Assembly (NCBI GenBank): GCA_902625945.1
Contig: CACODG010000003.1
Coordinates: 2,466 to 66,465, forward strand
Direction: 5' to 3'
DNA from: an uncultured Pelagibacteraceae bacterium
Lineage (GTDB): Bacteria > Pseudomonadota > Alphaproteobacteria > Pelagibacterales > Pelagibacteraceae
DNA length: 64,000 bases
Program-made: the position numbers and the translations under genes
The notes under the pieces: model-generated
What the model was told of the DNA's origin: nothing
Databases searched by the model: none
The model's input: only the letters and a program-made list of their open reading frames with translations
Part shown: positions 10,296 to 20,550 of the stretch, in pieces
Layout of the letters: each line of letters opens with the position of its first letter
How positions within the stretch are numbered: position 1 is the first letter of the stretch

Positions 10296-12016
10296 ATATA
10301 TTTGATAATTACTTGTTAGAAATAAATGATATTATTTTAAGCAATAAAGATATTTTAAATTTAGAAAACCTTGAAAATTTAAATAATGTTAATTTAGAGA
10401 TTCCTCCTGAACATTTTGATTTTGACCTATCAACTAACGTTTCTCTAGTATTGGCAAAGGAAAATAAAATCAATCCCAACTCTTTAGCAAATTCTATAAA
10501 GGATTTATTATTAAAAAAGATAAATCATTTTGAAATAATTGAAGTAGCTGGGCCTGGTTTTTTAAATATCAAATTATCAAAAGAGGGAATAGCAAATAAT
10601 ATAGATGATATTTTAGAAAATAGAGATTCTTATGGCTCAAAAAAATCAAATGAGACTTATAATATTGAATTTGTCTCTGCAAACCCAACTGGACCAATGC
10701 ATGTGGGGCATTGTAGAGGCGCTATATTTGGAGATGTATTATCTAATCTTTTATCATTTAATGGAAATCAAGTAGTAAAGGAATATTATATAAATGATTA
10801 TGGTAACCAAATTAAAAATTTTGTTGAGTCAGTATATTTAAGAATAAGAGAAATAAAGTTTCAAGAGAAATTTCCTGTTAAAGAAAATTTATATCCTGGA
10901 GAATATATTAAAGAAATTGCTAATAATATTATTAAAAACAATAATAAAATTAAAGTTGATAATTTTAATAATAGTTTTGAGGAATTAAAAAAACTTTCAT
11001 TAGAGGGATCAATGTCTTTAATCAAAAATGATTTAAAACAACTTGGAATTACTCATGATATTTTTTTTTCTGAAACAGAAATTGTAAAAAAGAATTTAGT
11101 AAATAAAGCAATAAAAAAACTTAAAAATAAAAATTTTGTTGAAGAGGGTTTTCTTGATCCTCCAAAAGGTGAGTCATTTAAAAATTGGAAAAAAGTTAAA
11201 AGACTTATTTTTAAATCTTCAAAATTTGGAGATGACACAGATAGAGCTCTTCAAAAAAATGATGGTTCCTGGACTTATTTTGCTAACGATGTAGCTTATC
11301 ATTCGGATAAAATTGATAGGAAATTTAATAAATTAATAAATATTCTTGGAGCCGATCATACTGGGTATATTAAGAGAATTTCTGCAGCTGTTTCTGCGTT
11401 ATCTAATTTCCAAGTAAGTCTTAACTGTAAAGTTTGTCAATTAGTTAAATTATATAAAAATGGTAAACCATTCAAAATGTCAAAAAGAGCAGGGGAATTT
11501 ATCTCTGCGCAGGATTTATTAAACGAGGTCAATAAAGACGCGATAAGATTTATGATGTTAAGTAGAAGTAATGATATTGAATTAGATTTTGACTTCGAAA
11601 AAGTAAAAGAAAAAACAAAAGACAATCCAGTTTATTATGTTCAATATGCGTATGCTAGAATTAATTCAATAATTAGAATCATTAATAAAAATTTAGATGA
11701 CAAAATTACTATAGATAAAAAATCTTTTTCACTAAACGAATTTGAGGAAAAAATATTAAGAAAAATATTTGAATGGCCAAAAATAATAGAGTCAGCATCA
11801 TTAAAATATGAACCCCATAAAATTCCATTTTATCTATATGAACTCTCTACTTTATTTCACGCTTACTGGAGCAAAGGAAATGAAAATAACGAATTTAGAT
11901 TTATAGAAAATGGAGCTTTAAAAAGGGAAGAGTCTTTAGCATTTTTACACCTTATCGCCATTGTTATTAAAAATGGAATGAATATACTTGGAGTTTCTCT
12001 TCCAGAAAAAATGTAA
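10292..12016 (+). CDS. argS: arginine--tRNA ligase
   Basis: SANPTGPMHVGH, GADH, MSKRAG and YYVQYAYAR motifs. Confidence 0.97.
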   Translation: MNIFDNYLLEINDIILSNKDILNLENLENLNNVNLEIPPEHFDFDLSTNVSLVLAKENKINPNSLANSIKDLLLKKINHFEIIEVAGPGFLNIKLSKEGIANNIDDILENRDSYGSKKSNETYNIEFVSANPTGPMHVGHCRGAIFGDVLSNLLSFNGNQVVKEYYINDYGNQIKNFVESVYLRIREIKFQEKFPVKENLYPGEYIKEIANNIIKNNNKIKVDNFNNSFEELKKLSLEGSMSLIKNDLKQLGITHDIFFSETEIVKKNLVNKAIKKLKNKNFVEEGFLDPPKGESFKNWKKVKRLIFKSSKFGDDTDRALQKNDGSWTYFANDVAYHSDKIDRKFNKLINILGADHTGYIKRISAAVSALSNFQVSLNCKVCQLVKLYKNGKPFKMSKRAGEFISAQDLLNEVNKDAIRFMMLSRSNDIELDFDFEKVKEKTKDNPVYYVQYAYARINSIIRIINKNLDDKITIDKKSFSLNEFEEKILRKIFEWPKIIESASLKYEPHKIPFYLYELSTLFHAYWSKGNENNEFRFIENGALKREESLAFLHLIAIVIKNGMNILGVSLPEKM

Positions 12017-12279
12017 TGTACAAAATTTTAAATTTTTTTATGATATTTGTAATCATTATTTTTATTTTTACTGTTTTTAAATATTATTCATCAAATAAAA
12101 ATATGAGTATTAAAAAATATAATCGTCAGAATATTGACCAAATTTTAAAAGAAAAAATATCTGATTTACCAGTTCTACTTAACGATACAAATAATATAAT
12201 TCAATTTAACGACTCTTTTGAAGATGAAATTGACGATAAAAAAAAAAGAAGTTTTTGGAATTTATTAAAAAATAAATGA
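12016..12279 (+). CDS. small single-pass membrane protein (argS-nagZ slot)
   Basis: N-terminal hydrophobic helix; translationally coupled to both argS and nagZ. Confidence 0.7.
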   Translation: MYKILNFFMIFVIIIFIFTVFKYYSSNKNMSIKKYNRQNIDQILKEKISDLPVLLNDTNNIIQFNDSFEDEIDDKKKRSFWNLLKNK

Positions 12280-13220
12280 AAAGAAAAGCCCTGATTGTAA
12301 GTATTAAAGGTTTAAAACTCTCAAAAAGAGAAAAAATTTTATTATCTAAAGAGAAACCTTGGGGCATAATTTTATTCAAAAGAAATTTAAAATCTTTTAG
12401 ACAAATTAAGTTTTTAACAAATCAAATCAAATCTTTAACCAAAAATAACAAATTTCCTATTTTAATTGATGAAGAAGGAGGTGCAGTTTCAAGGTTGAGT
12501 AATACTATTAAACATGATTTCTCCGCATTTTTTTTTGGTAAATTATATAAGAAAGATAAAGTTTTTAGCTCTTATATTTACAAACATTACATCAACACTA
12601 TTAGTAAAACTTTGAATTATCTTGGTATTAATGTCAATACCATTCCTGTTCTCGATGTACTAAGAAATAATACAAGTAAAATAATCGGGGAACGAAGTTT
12701 TTCTAATGATAAAAATATTGTTAAATATTTAGGAAATTTATCAATTAAATATTTACATAAGAATAAAATTGGTGGAGTTATAAAGCATATTCCTGGTCAT
12801 GGTGCAGCTACTTCAGATAGTCACAAAAAAATGCCTACAATTAAATTAACTTTAAAAAAATTAAATAAAATTGACTTTTACCCTTTTAAAGCGAATAAAT
12901 CAAAATTAGCAATGACAGCACATATTCTTTATCCTAAAATCGATAAAAAAAATGTAGCAACATTTTCAAAAAAAATTATTAAAGATATAATTAGAAAAAA
13001 AATTGGTTTTAGAGGACTGTTAATTACAGACGATATATCTATGAAAGCGTTGAAATATGACTTGGTCACTAATGCAAAAAAATCAATTGATGCTGGATGT
13101 AATCTTGTACTTTATTGTGCTGGAAATATTAATGACAACTTTAAATTGATTAAATCTGTGCCATATATTGATAAATTTACCTCGAAAAAAACATCAGAAT
13201 TTTTTAAATTTTTAGGGTAA
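12276..13220 (+). CDS. nagZ: beta-N-acetylhexosaminidase (GH3)
   Basis: IDEEGGxVxR and KHIPGHG...DSH motifs. Confidence 0.92.
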   Translation: MKRKALIVSIKGLKLSKREKILLSKEKPWGIILFKRNLKSFRQIKFLTNQIKSLTKNNKFPILIDEEGGAVSRLSNTIKHDFSAFFFGKLYKKDKVFSSYIYKHYINTISKTLNYLGINVNTIPVLDVLRNNTSKIIGERSFSNDKNIVKYLGNLSIKYLHKNKIGGVIKHIPGHGAATSDSHKKMPTIKLTLKKLNKIDFYPFKANKSKLAMTAHILYPKIDKKNVATFSKKIIKDIIRKKIGFRGLLITDDISMKALKYDLVTNAKKSIDAGCNLVLYCAGNINDNFKLIKSVPYIDKFTSKKTSEFFKFLG

Positions 13221-13228
13221 AATTAAAA

Positions 13229-13963
13229 ATGGAATCAAAAAGAACTAATCAAATTTCAATAGATATCCCAAATTATAACGGACCCCTCGAAGTCCTTCTT
13301 GATTTAGCTAAAACTCAAAAAGTAGATTTAGCTGAAATTTCAATCACCAAATTAGCTGATCAATTTTTAGAATTTATTAAGGAAAATAAAGATTTAAATT
13401 TGGAAACTGCAACTGAGTTTTTATTAATGGCTACCTGGTTAGCTTATTTAAAATCAAAATTATTACTACCAGAAGATGATGAAGAAGACTTTAGAGCATT
13501 AGAAGTTGCGGAAAAATTGAAACTTCAATTAAAAAAGTTAGAACTTATTAGAATTTTATCAGACCAAATGCTTCAAAAAAAAAGACTAGGTGTTCACATT
13601 TTTACAAGAGGCATTAAAGGAGGCATTAGATCAATAAATACCCCAGTATACGACGTATCACTTTACGAATTACTTAAAACTTATTCTAGCATTCAAATGC
13701 AAAAAACTTTTCAGAACATGAGCATTCCAAAACTACCTGTTTTTACTGCTGAAGAAGGAGTGAAGTTAATAAAAAAAAACCTTGATGAAATAAAAAATTG
13801 GAAAGATATAATTGAATTAATACCTAAATTTTATACAAATAATAAAATGCAAAAAACAGGCATTGCTGGTATATTTGCTGCAAGTTTAGAGCTAACAAAA
13901 GAGGGTATCGTTTCTGTCTCTCAAAAAAAAATTTTTGACAAACTTTTAATAAAAAAAATATAA
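13229..13963 (+). CDS. scpA: segregation/condensation protein A
   Basis: YNGPLEVLLDL, LLMATWLAYLKSKLLLP and FAASLEL motifs. Confidence 0.93.
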   Translation: MESKRTNQISIDIPNYNGPLEVLLDLAKTQKVDLAEISITKLADQFLEFIKENKDLNLETATEFLLMATWLAYLKSKLLLPEDDEEDFRALEVAEKLKLQLKKLELIRILSDQMLQKKRLGVHIFTRGIKGGIRSINTPVYDVSLYELLKTYSSIQMQKTFQNMSIPKLPVFTAEEGVKLIKKNLDEIKNWKDIIELIPKFYTNNKMQKTGIAGIFAASLELTKEGIVSVSQKKIFDKLLIKKI

Positions 13964-14650
13964 ATGAAAAGTAAGAAAAAGACTAACATTATTAATTTTC
14001 CAACTTCTCCAACAAAAATTGAGAGACAAGTAGAGGCTATTTTATTTGCAGCATCTGAACCTTTGGATATTGAAACAATAGAAAAAAGACTTCAAACTAC
14101 AAATAATTTAAAAAAGATAATAGAGAATCTTAAGCATAATTATAAAAAAAGAGGTATTAATTTAGTCTGTATCAAAAATAAATGGTCATTCAGAACAGCT
14201 GAAGATCTATCAAAATTAATGTCTTTACAAAAATCAACTCAAAAAAAATTATCAAAAGCTACATTAGAAACTCTGGCTATAATTGTTTATCATCAGCCAG
14301 TCACTAGATCTGAAATAGAGGAAATTAGAGGAGTATCATTTGCATCAAATACTCTTGAAATATTACTTGAGTTAGATTGGGTAAGACCAGCAGGAAGAAA
14401 GGATGTTCCAGGAAAGCCTATTCAATACTCAACTACTGAAAATTTTTTAAATCATTTTAACATTCAAAAAATATCTGATTTACCCACAATTGACGAATTG
14501 GGTTCAGCTGGTTTAATAGACACATCTTCTATAGACAAATCTATTTTTGGAACAGGAAAATTCTTCAAAGAACAGTCTTTATCCGAAAAACAGAATATTT
14601 ATGAAGATATAGATCAAGCAATTAAAAAGGCCCCAGAGGAAGAAAAATAA
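13964..14650 (+). CDS. scpB: SMC-Scp complex subunit ScpB
   Basis: EAILFAA, LETLAIIVYHQPVTRSEIEEIRGV motifs. Confidence 0.95.
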   Translation: MKSKKKTNIINFPTSPTKIERQVEAILFAASEPLDIETIEKRLQTTNNLKKIIENLKHNYKKRGINLVCIKNKWSFRTAEDLSKLMSLQKSTQKKLSKATLETLAIIVYHQPVTRSEIEEIRGVSFASNTLEILLELDWVRPAGRKDVPGKPIQYSTTENFLNHFNIQKISDLPTIDELGSAGLIDTSSIDKSIFGTGKFFKEQSLSEKQNIYEDIDQAIKKAPEEEK

Positions 14651-14691
14651 ACGTATTTATTTAACTCTTTTTATTGTATATAACAATGCCT

Positions 14692-14889
14692 ATGGGAATA
14701 AGTTTCTGGCAAATTGCAATAGTAGTTGTTCTTGTTGTTTTACTTTTTGGAAGAGGAAAAATTTCAAGTTTGATGGGTGATGTAGCTAAGGGTATTAAGA
14801 GTTTCAAAAAAGGAATGTCCGATGATACATCCACTAATAATCAAGATGATAGTTCTAAGTCGGATAATTCTGACTCTGAAAATAAATAA
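14692..14889 (+). CDS. tatA: twin-arginine translocase TatA
   Basis: [34 protein letters not shown]; exact start (14686 vs 14692) uncertain. Confidence 0.95.
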   Translation: MGISFWQIAIVVVLVVLLFGRGKISSLMGDVAKGIKSFKKGMSDDTSTNNQDDSSKSDNSDSENK

Positions 14890-14894
14890 TCATA

Positions 14895-15131
14895 ATGCCT
14901 CAAATTGGATGGTTAGAGATTTTAGCAATTGTAATCATTGCAATACTAGTTCTAGGTCCAAAGGAATTTCCTATCGCACTTAAAAAAATTGGAACGTATA
15001 TTGGAAAATTCAAAAGTACATTAAATAATTTTCAAAAAGAAGTATCGTCTGCTACTAAAGAAATTGACTTGGAAGAAGATATTCCTCTTGATAAAGATAA
15101 AATTAAAAAAGATATAGATAAAAATGTCTGA
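14895..15131 (+). CDS. tatB: twin-arginine translocase TatB
   Basis: IGWLE...VLGPKEFP motif, located between tatA and tatC. Confidence 0.9.
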   Translation: MPQIGWLEILAIVIIAILVLGPKEFPIALKKIGTYIGKFKSTLNNFQKEVSSATKEIDLEEDIPLDKDKIKKDIDKNV

Positions 15132-15891
15132 TAGTAATTCATTTACAAGTCATTTTATTGAGCTTCGCTCCAGACTTTTAAATTCTCTAATATTTATTTT
15201 TATAGTATTCATATTTTCATATATTTTTGCAGAGCAAATTTATAATTTCTTAGTTGAACCTTATGCAAACGCAGTAAAAGATGATCAAAATTCAAGACGT
15301 CTAATTTTTACCGCTTTACACGAAACATTTATTACCTATATAAAAGTTGCATTCTTTACAGCAATTTTACTAGGAAGCCCTGTTTTATTAATACAAATTT
15401 ATAAGTTTATAGCACCTGGTCTTTATAAAAATGAAAAAAATGCCTTGTTACCATATTTAATATCTACACCAATCCTCTTCTTGCTGGGAGTTCTTCTTGT
15501 TTATTATTTGATTATGCCTCTAGCAATAAAATTTTTTTTATCTTTTGAAACTCTTGGATCTAATACAAGTCTCCCAATACAACTTGAAGCAAAAGTGAAC
15601 GAATACCTTTCATTAATTATGAGGCTTATATTTGCATTTGGTATTAGCTTTCAATTACCTATTCTTCTAAACTTATTAGCTAAAATAGGTGTCGTAAATT
15701 CAGACTATCTTAAAAAAAGAAGAAGATATGTTATAGTAATTATTTTTGCTTTAGCTGCTATTTTGACTCCCCCAGATCCCATAACACAAGTTGGACTCGC
15801 AATACCTTTGTTATTACTTTATGAATTATCTATATTTACTGTAAGATTCTCTGAGAAAAAAAGAGAAAGCGAAAATTTAAAAGATGCATAA
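15124..15891 (+). CDS. tatC: twin-arginine translocase TatC
   Basis: HFIELRSRL, FIAPGLY and TPPDPITQ motifs. Confidence 0.97.
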   Translation: MSDSNSFTSHFIELRSRLLNSLIFIFIVFIFSYIFAEQIYNFLVEPYANAVKDDQNSRRLIFTALHETFITYIKVAFFTAILLGSPVLLIQIYKFIAPGLYKNEKNALLPYLISTPILFLLGVLLVYYLIMPLAIKFFLSFETLGSNTSLPIQLEAKVNEYLSLIMRLIFAFGISFQLPILLNLLAKIGVVNSDYLKKRRRYVIVIIFALAAILTPPDPITQVGLAIPLLLLYELSIFTVRFSEKKRESENLKDA

Positions 15892-17131
15892 TATCAAGGA
15901 TATAAGAAAAAATTTAGAAAATTTTAAAAAAAAATTATCAGATAGAAATTTTACTTTTGAGATAAATGTTTTTGAAGATTTAGACAATAAAAATAGAAAA
16001 TTAATTAATGAAAAAGAAAAATTAGAACAAGAAAAAAAAATATTATCAAAATCAAAAGATAAATCCAACTTTGAAAAATCAAAAAAAATTTCTGAAAAAA
16101 TAGCAGAAATATCTAATGATCAATTAATAACTCAAAAAAAATTAAACGATTTATTATTTATTTTACCAAATTTAGCCTCAGAAGATGTACCGGTTGGTAA
16201 AGATGACAAATCAAATAAATTAATTGACAAATACGGAACCAAAAAAAAATTTACTTTTAAACCTAAATCGCATGTTGAAATTGGACAGATAAATAATGAT
16301 ATTGATTTTGATCTATCAACTAGATTATCAGGGTCAAGATTTGTAGTTTTAAAAAATAAAATTGCTTTACTAGAAAGAGCTTTAATAAATTTCATGTTAG
16401 ATATTCATACTAATGAATTTGAATATACTGAAATTTCACCACCTTTAATCGTAAATGAGGATGTAATGTTTGGAACTGGGCAGCTTCCAAAATTTGAAGA
16501 GGATCAATTCGAGATAAAATTCGAAAACTCAGATCAAAGGAAATTTTTAATACCAACAGCTGAGGTGGTTTTAACAAATTTAGTAAGAAAATCTATTCTC
16601 GATAAAAATAAATTGCCTTTAAGGTATGTAGCCTCAACACCATGTTTTCGTAAAGAAGCTGGAAGTTACGGTAAGGATACCAAGGGAATGATTAGACAAC
16701 ATCAGTTTTATAAAGTTGAACTGGTAAGTATAGTAGAGGCTAAAAATTGCAACACAGAACTTGAACGTATGCTTAACTGTGCAAAAAAAATATTAGAAAA
16801 ACTAGAAATACCTTTTCAAGTCATTTTACTATCAACTGGAGATATGGGATTTAGCGCGGAAAAGACATTTGATATTGAAGCATGGATACCATCGGAAAAT
16901 AAATTTAGAGAAATTTCTAGTTGTTCTTCTTGTGGTTCTTTCCAAGCAAGGAGAATGGGCGCTAAATATAAGTCCAAAGATGGAAATGATTTTGTTAGTA
17001 CTTTGAATGGTTCTGGATTAGCAGTAGGTAGATTAATGATAGCTTTGTTAGAAAATAATCAAAATCAAGATGGTTCAGTTACGATACCTGATGTCTTAAA
17101 AAAATATATGAATAATTTAGATAAAATTTGA
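15884..17131 (+). CDS. serS: serine--tRNA ligase
   Basis: LIPTAEV, FRKEAG, EISSCS and LNGSGLAVGR motifs. Confidence 0.98.
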   Translation: MHNIKDIRKNLENFKKKLSDRNFTFEINVFEDLDNKNRKLINEKEKLEQEKKILSKSKDKSNFEKSKKISEKIAEISNDQLITQKKLNDLLFILPNLASEDVPVGKDDKSNKLIDKYGTKKKFTFKPKSHVEIGQINNDIDFDLSTRLSGSRFVVLKNKIALLERALINFMLDIHTNEFEYTEISPPLIVNEDVMFGTGQLPKFEEDQFEIKFENSDQRKFLIPTAEVVLTNLVRKSILDKNKLPLRYVASTPCFRKEAGSYGKDTKGMIRQHQFYKVELVSIVEAKNCNTELERMLNCAKKILEKLEIPFQVILLSTGDMGFSAEKTFDIEAWIPSENKFREISSCSSCGSFQARRMGAKYKSKDGNDFVSTLNGSGLAVGRLMIALLENNQNQDGSVTIPDVLKKYMNNLDKI

Positions 17132-17178
17132 TAAAATTTAACTTGTTAATCTAAAGCATTTATTATAATTGTCTCCTC

Positions 17179-17463
17179 ATGAGTGGACAAGGAATTGCAC
17201 AATTTATACCATTAATATTAATTTTTGTAATTTTTTACTTTTTTTTAATTAGACCACAACAAAAAAGGGTAAAAGATCATAAAGCTATGGTTGAGTCATT
17301 AAAACGAGGCGATGAAGTAATCACTTCTGGAGGAATTATAGGTGTTGTTGACCGAGTTTTGGAGGATGATCGAATCGAAGTTATAATTGGCGAGGGCACC
17401 AAAGTACAAATAATTAAATCAACAATTACAAGTTTACTTAAAAAAGAAGAAGTTAAAAAATAA
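17179..17463 (+). CDS. yajC: preprotein translocase subunit YajC
   Basis: FYFFLIRPQQKR...GDEVITSGGI. Confidence 0.96.
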   Translation: MSGQGIAQFIPLILIFVIFYFFLIRPQQKRVKDHKAMVESLKRGDEVITSGGIIGVVDRVLEDDRIEVIIGEGTKVQIIKSTITSLLKKEEVKK

Positions 17464-17472
17464 TTCTTTTTC

Positions 17473-19017
17473 GTGTTGAATTTTTCAAAAATAAATATTC
17501 TTTCAATTTATTTAATTTTCTTTCTGATATCGATATTTTCAGTTTTAAATCTTCAAGATCAAGATAACTTGATTATAGATAAAAAAGTAAATCTTGGATT
17601 AGACTTACAGGGTGGTTCATATCTATTATTAGAAATTAACTCAGACTCTCTAGTAGAAGAAAAATTACAATCAAAAGTAATTCCTTTAAAAAAAATATTT
17701 AAAGATAATGAATTTAACTATTCAGATTTTAAGATAAATAAAAATTTTATTACACTAAAAATTGATAATATTGAAAATTTTGAATTTATTTTCTTTTCAA
17801 AAAAGAATAATCCAGTAAATCCATATATTGATAATTACAGATCTTTCGAGTTGGATTATGAAGAATTAGAAAATAATTACATTAAAATTTCATTTTCAAA
17901 ATTTGGGTTGTTAACAATTAATAACTCTGCTTTAAAACAATCTATAGAAATTGTTAGGCGTAGAATTGATGACGTTGGAACAAAAGAACCAACTATTTTA
18001 CAAAGAGGTGAAAAAAGAATACTTGTAGAATTACCAGGTCTTAAAGATCCAGAGAGAATTAAAAATTTGTTAGGAAAAACTGCACAATTAAATTTTAGAT
18101 TAGTGAGTGAAAATTCTGAATTCGGTATTGATGAGTTGATTTCCGACACTGGTGAAAAACTTAAAATTAGTAAAAGAATTGTAATGAGTGGAGAAAACTT
18201 AATTGATGCCCAACCAAGTATTCAAAATCAACAAAACGAGCCAACAGTTTCATTTACTCTAGACAGATTAGGTGCTCAAAAATTTGGAAGAGCAACTACT
18301 GATAATGTAGGCAAAAGATTAGCAATAGTATTAGATGGTAATATTATAAGTGCCCCAAATATAAACGAACCTATTACTTCAGGAAATGGAATGATATCAG
18401 GTAATTTTACTTTTCAAGAGGCAACTGACCTAGCTCTTTTGTTAAGATCAGGTGCACTACCTACTCCTCTTAATGTAGTTGAGGAAAGATCCGTAGGCCC
18501 TGATTTAGGCGAAGACTCTATTAAATCGGGAGTTACGTCCCTTATAGTAGGTTTTATTTTAGTAATCCTTTTTATGTTTTATAAATACAAAATTTTTGGT
18601 TTAGTCGCTAATACTGCCTTGGTAGCAAATTTATTAATGTTAGTTGGTTTTTTAACAATTTTAGAGGCAACTCTTACCTTACCTGGAATTGCGGGTATTA
18701 TTTTAACTGTAGGAATGGCAGTTGATGCCAATGTTCTAATATTTGAGAGAATAAAAGAAGAATTAAAAACTGAAAAATCAATCATTCACGCTTTTGACAC
18801 AGGTTATTCAAAAGCTAAAATTACAGTTCTTGATGCCAATATAACAACTTTAATAGCTGCAATTATATTATTTGCTTTTGGTTCTGGTCCAGTAAAAGGT
18901 TTTGCTATTACTTTAGGTATAGGAATAATCACTACTTTATTTACAGCATATTTTTTGGCTAGACATCTTTCGTCAATAATAGTTTTAAGAAACAGTAATA
19001 AGGAAATAAATATTTAA
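17473..19017 (+). CDS. secD: protein translocase subunit SecD
   Basis: LGLDLQGG, LRSGALP and GMAVDANVLIFERIKEE motifs; GTG start. Confidence 0.97.
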   Translation: MLNFSKINILSIYLIFFLISIFSVLNLQDQDNLIIDKKVNLGLDLQGGSYLLLEINSDSLVEEKLQSKVIPLKKIFKDNEFNYSDFKINKNFITLKIDNIENFEFIFFSKKNNPVNPYIDNYRSFELDYEELENNYIKISFSKFGLLTINNSALKQSIEIVRRRIDDVGTKEPTILQRGEKRILVELPGLKDPERIKNLLGKTAQLNFRLVSENSEFGIDELISDTGEKLKISKRIVMSGENLIDAQPSIQNQQNEPTVSFTLDRLGAQKFGRATTDNVGKRLAIVLDGNIISAPNINEPITSGNGMISGNFTFQEATDLALLLRSGALPTPLNVVEERSVGPDLGEDSIKSGVTSLIVGFILVILFMFYKYKIFGLVANTALVANLLMLVGFLTILEATLTLPGIAGIILTVGMAVDANVLIFERIKEELKTEKSIIHAFDTGYSKAKITVLDANITTLIAAIILFAFGSGPVKGFAITLGIGIITTLFTAYFLARHLSSIIVLRNSNKEINI

Positions 19018-19919
19018 TGATTAAAGATATTAATTTTGTATCAAAGTTTAAAAAAGCAAATATCGCGTCAATATCAATTTTTATTTTAAGTATAATTTTT
19101 ATCTTTTTTAAGGGATTAAATTATGGAATAGATTTTAAGGGGGGAACTTTAATAGAATTGAGAACAGAAACTACTATCGAAGCATCTTCTATCAGAGACT
19201 CTTTAAATTCTATGAATTTAGGAGATGTAAATGTTAAAAATTTTGGTAAAGATGGAGATTATCTTATCAAAGTTGAACAAAAAGATACTAATAATAATTT
19301 AATTCCTAGGATCAAAGAAACGTTATCAAGTAATTTAAATACAGAGGTTGATTTTAGAAGAGTAGAAAATGTAGGGCCAAAAGTTAGCGCCGAGTTGTTG
19401 GAGTCATCGATTATCGCAATTTCCTTAGCACTTGCTGCTATGCTTTTTTATATATGGGTAAGATTTGAGTGGCAATTTAGTGTAGGCTCGATAATAGCTT
19501 TATTTCATGATGTTGTTATCACCCTAGGTATTTTCTCGATTTTATCTTTGGAAATAAATTTATCTATAATTGCAGCAGTTTTGACAATAGTAGGTTACTC
19601 AATGAATGATACAGTTGTAATATATGACAGGATTAGAGAGAATTTATTTAAATACACAAAAATAAGTATTAGTGATATTGCCAATTTATCAATAAATGAA
19701 ACCCTCTCAAGAACAATTATAACTTCAGTAACTACCTTACTTGCGTTAGTTTCTATTTATATCCTTGGAGGAGAAATTTTAAGAGGTTTCTCGTTTGCAA
19801 TGATTTTAGGAGTTCTAATCGGAACTTATTCATCAATATTCGTCGCATCTCCAATTTTAAAGTTTTTTAAAGTTAGTTATAAAACACTTGAAAAAAATGA
19901 GGAAAAAATAGTACCTTAA
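19017..19919 (+). CDS. secF: protein translocase subunit SecF
   Basis: GIDFKGG, HDVVI and GYSMNDTVVIYDRIRE motifs. Confidence 0.97.
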   Translation: MIKDINFVSKFKKANIASISIFILSIIFIFFKGLNYGIDFKGGTLIELRTETTIEASSIRDSLNSMNLGDVNVKNFGKDGDYLIKVEQKDTNNNLIPRIKETLSSNLNTEVDFRRVENVGPKVSAELLESSIIAISLALAAMLFYIWVRFEWQFSVGSIIALFHDVVITLGIFSILSLEINLSIIAAVLTIVGYSMNDTVVIYDRIRENLFKYTKISISDIANLSINETLSRTIITSVTTLLALVSIYILGGEILRGFSFAMILGVLIGTYSSIFVASPILKFFKVSYKTLEKNEEKIVP

Positions 19920-20522
19920 CTAATAAAGATTTTGAGCTGCAACCATTGATAATAACATCGGAAAAGATAGCAATGTATTAGTTCTTGAAAATAACATTGC
20001 TGTTCTTGCAGATTTTGCTTTTTCTTCAGGATTACATTCGATTATACCTAAAGCTTTTTTTTGATTAGGCCAAATTACAAACCAAACATTGTAAGCCATA
20101 ATAATTCCTAACCACATCCCAATACCAATTGTTGTTGTTTTAGGATCTCCACTACCAATACCTAAAATCATCGCTTGGTGAATGTAGCCTTGTAAATAAC
20201 CAACTACTAAACCTGTAATAATTGTTCCTAAGGCTGCCCATCTAAACCAAAATAATGCTTTAGGAGCAATTACTTTGCCAATTGCTGGTTTTTGTTCATC
20301 TGGAATATTAGGCATTGAAGGTATTTGAACAAAATTAAAATACCATAATAAACCAATCCACATTATTCCTGTCAAAACATGTAAATATCTGAATAGCCAA
20401 CTAAAGAAATATCTGTCAAAAACAAAACCATCCCCAAATAAATGTAATCCGATTAAAAATAAAAAAGCGATACCAATCGAAAGATGAACAGTTTTTGAGA
20501 GTGATTGTAAGATGTTTGTCAT
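19920..20522 (-). CDS. PuuD-family (urate oxidase N-terminal-like) membrane protein
   Basis: RYLHVLTGIMWIGLLWYFNF, WFRWAA, NVWFVIWPNQKK and SRTNT motifs. Confidence 0.75.
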   Translation of the reverse strand: MTNILQSLSKTVHLSIGIAFLFLIGLHLFGDGFVFDRYFFSWLFRYLHVLTGIMWIGLLWYFNFVQIPSMPNIPDEQKPAIGKVIAPKALFWFRWAALGTIITGLVVGYLQGYIHQAMILGIGSGDPKTTTIGIGMWLGIIMAYNVWFVIWPNQKKALGIIECNPEEKAKSARTAMLFSRTNTLLSFPMLLSMVAAQNLY

Positions 20523-20550
20523 AAATCTTATTATATCATAAATGATGTTT

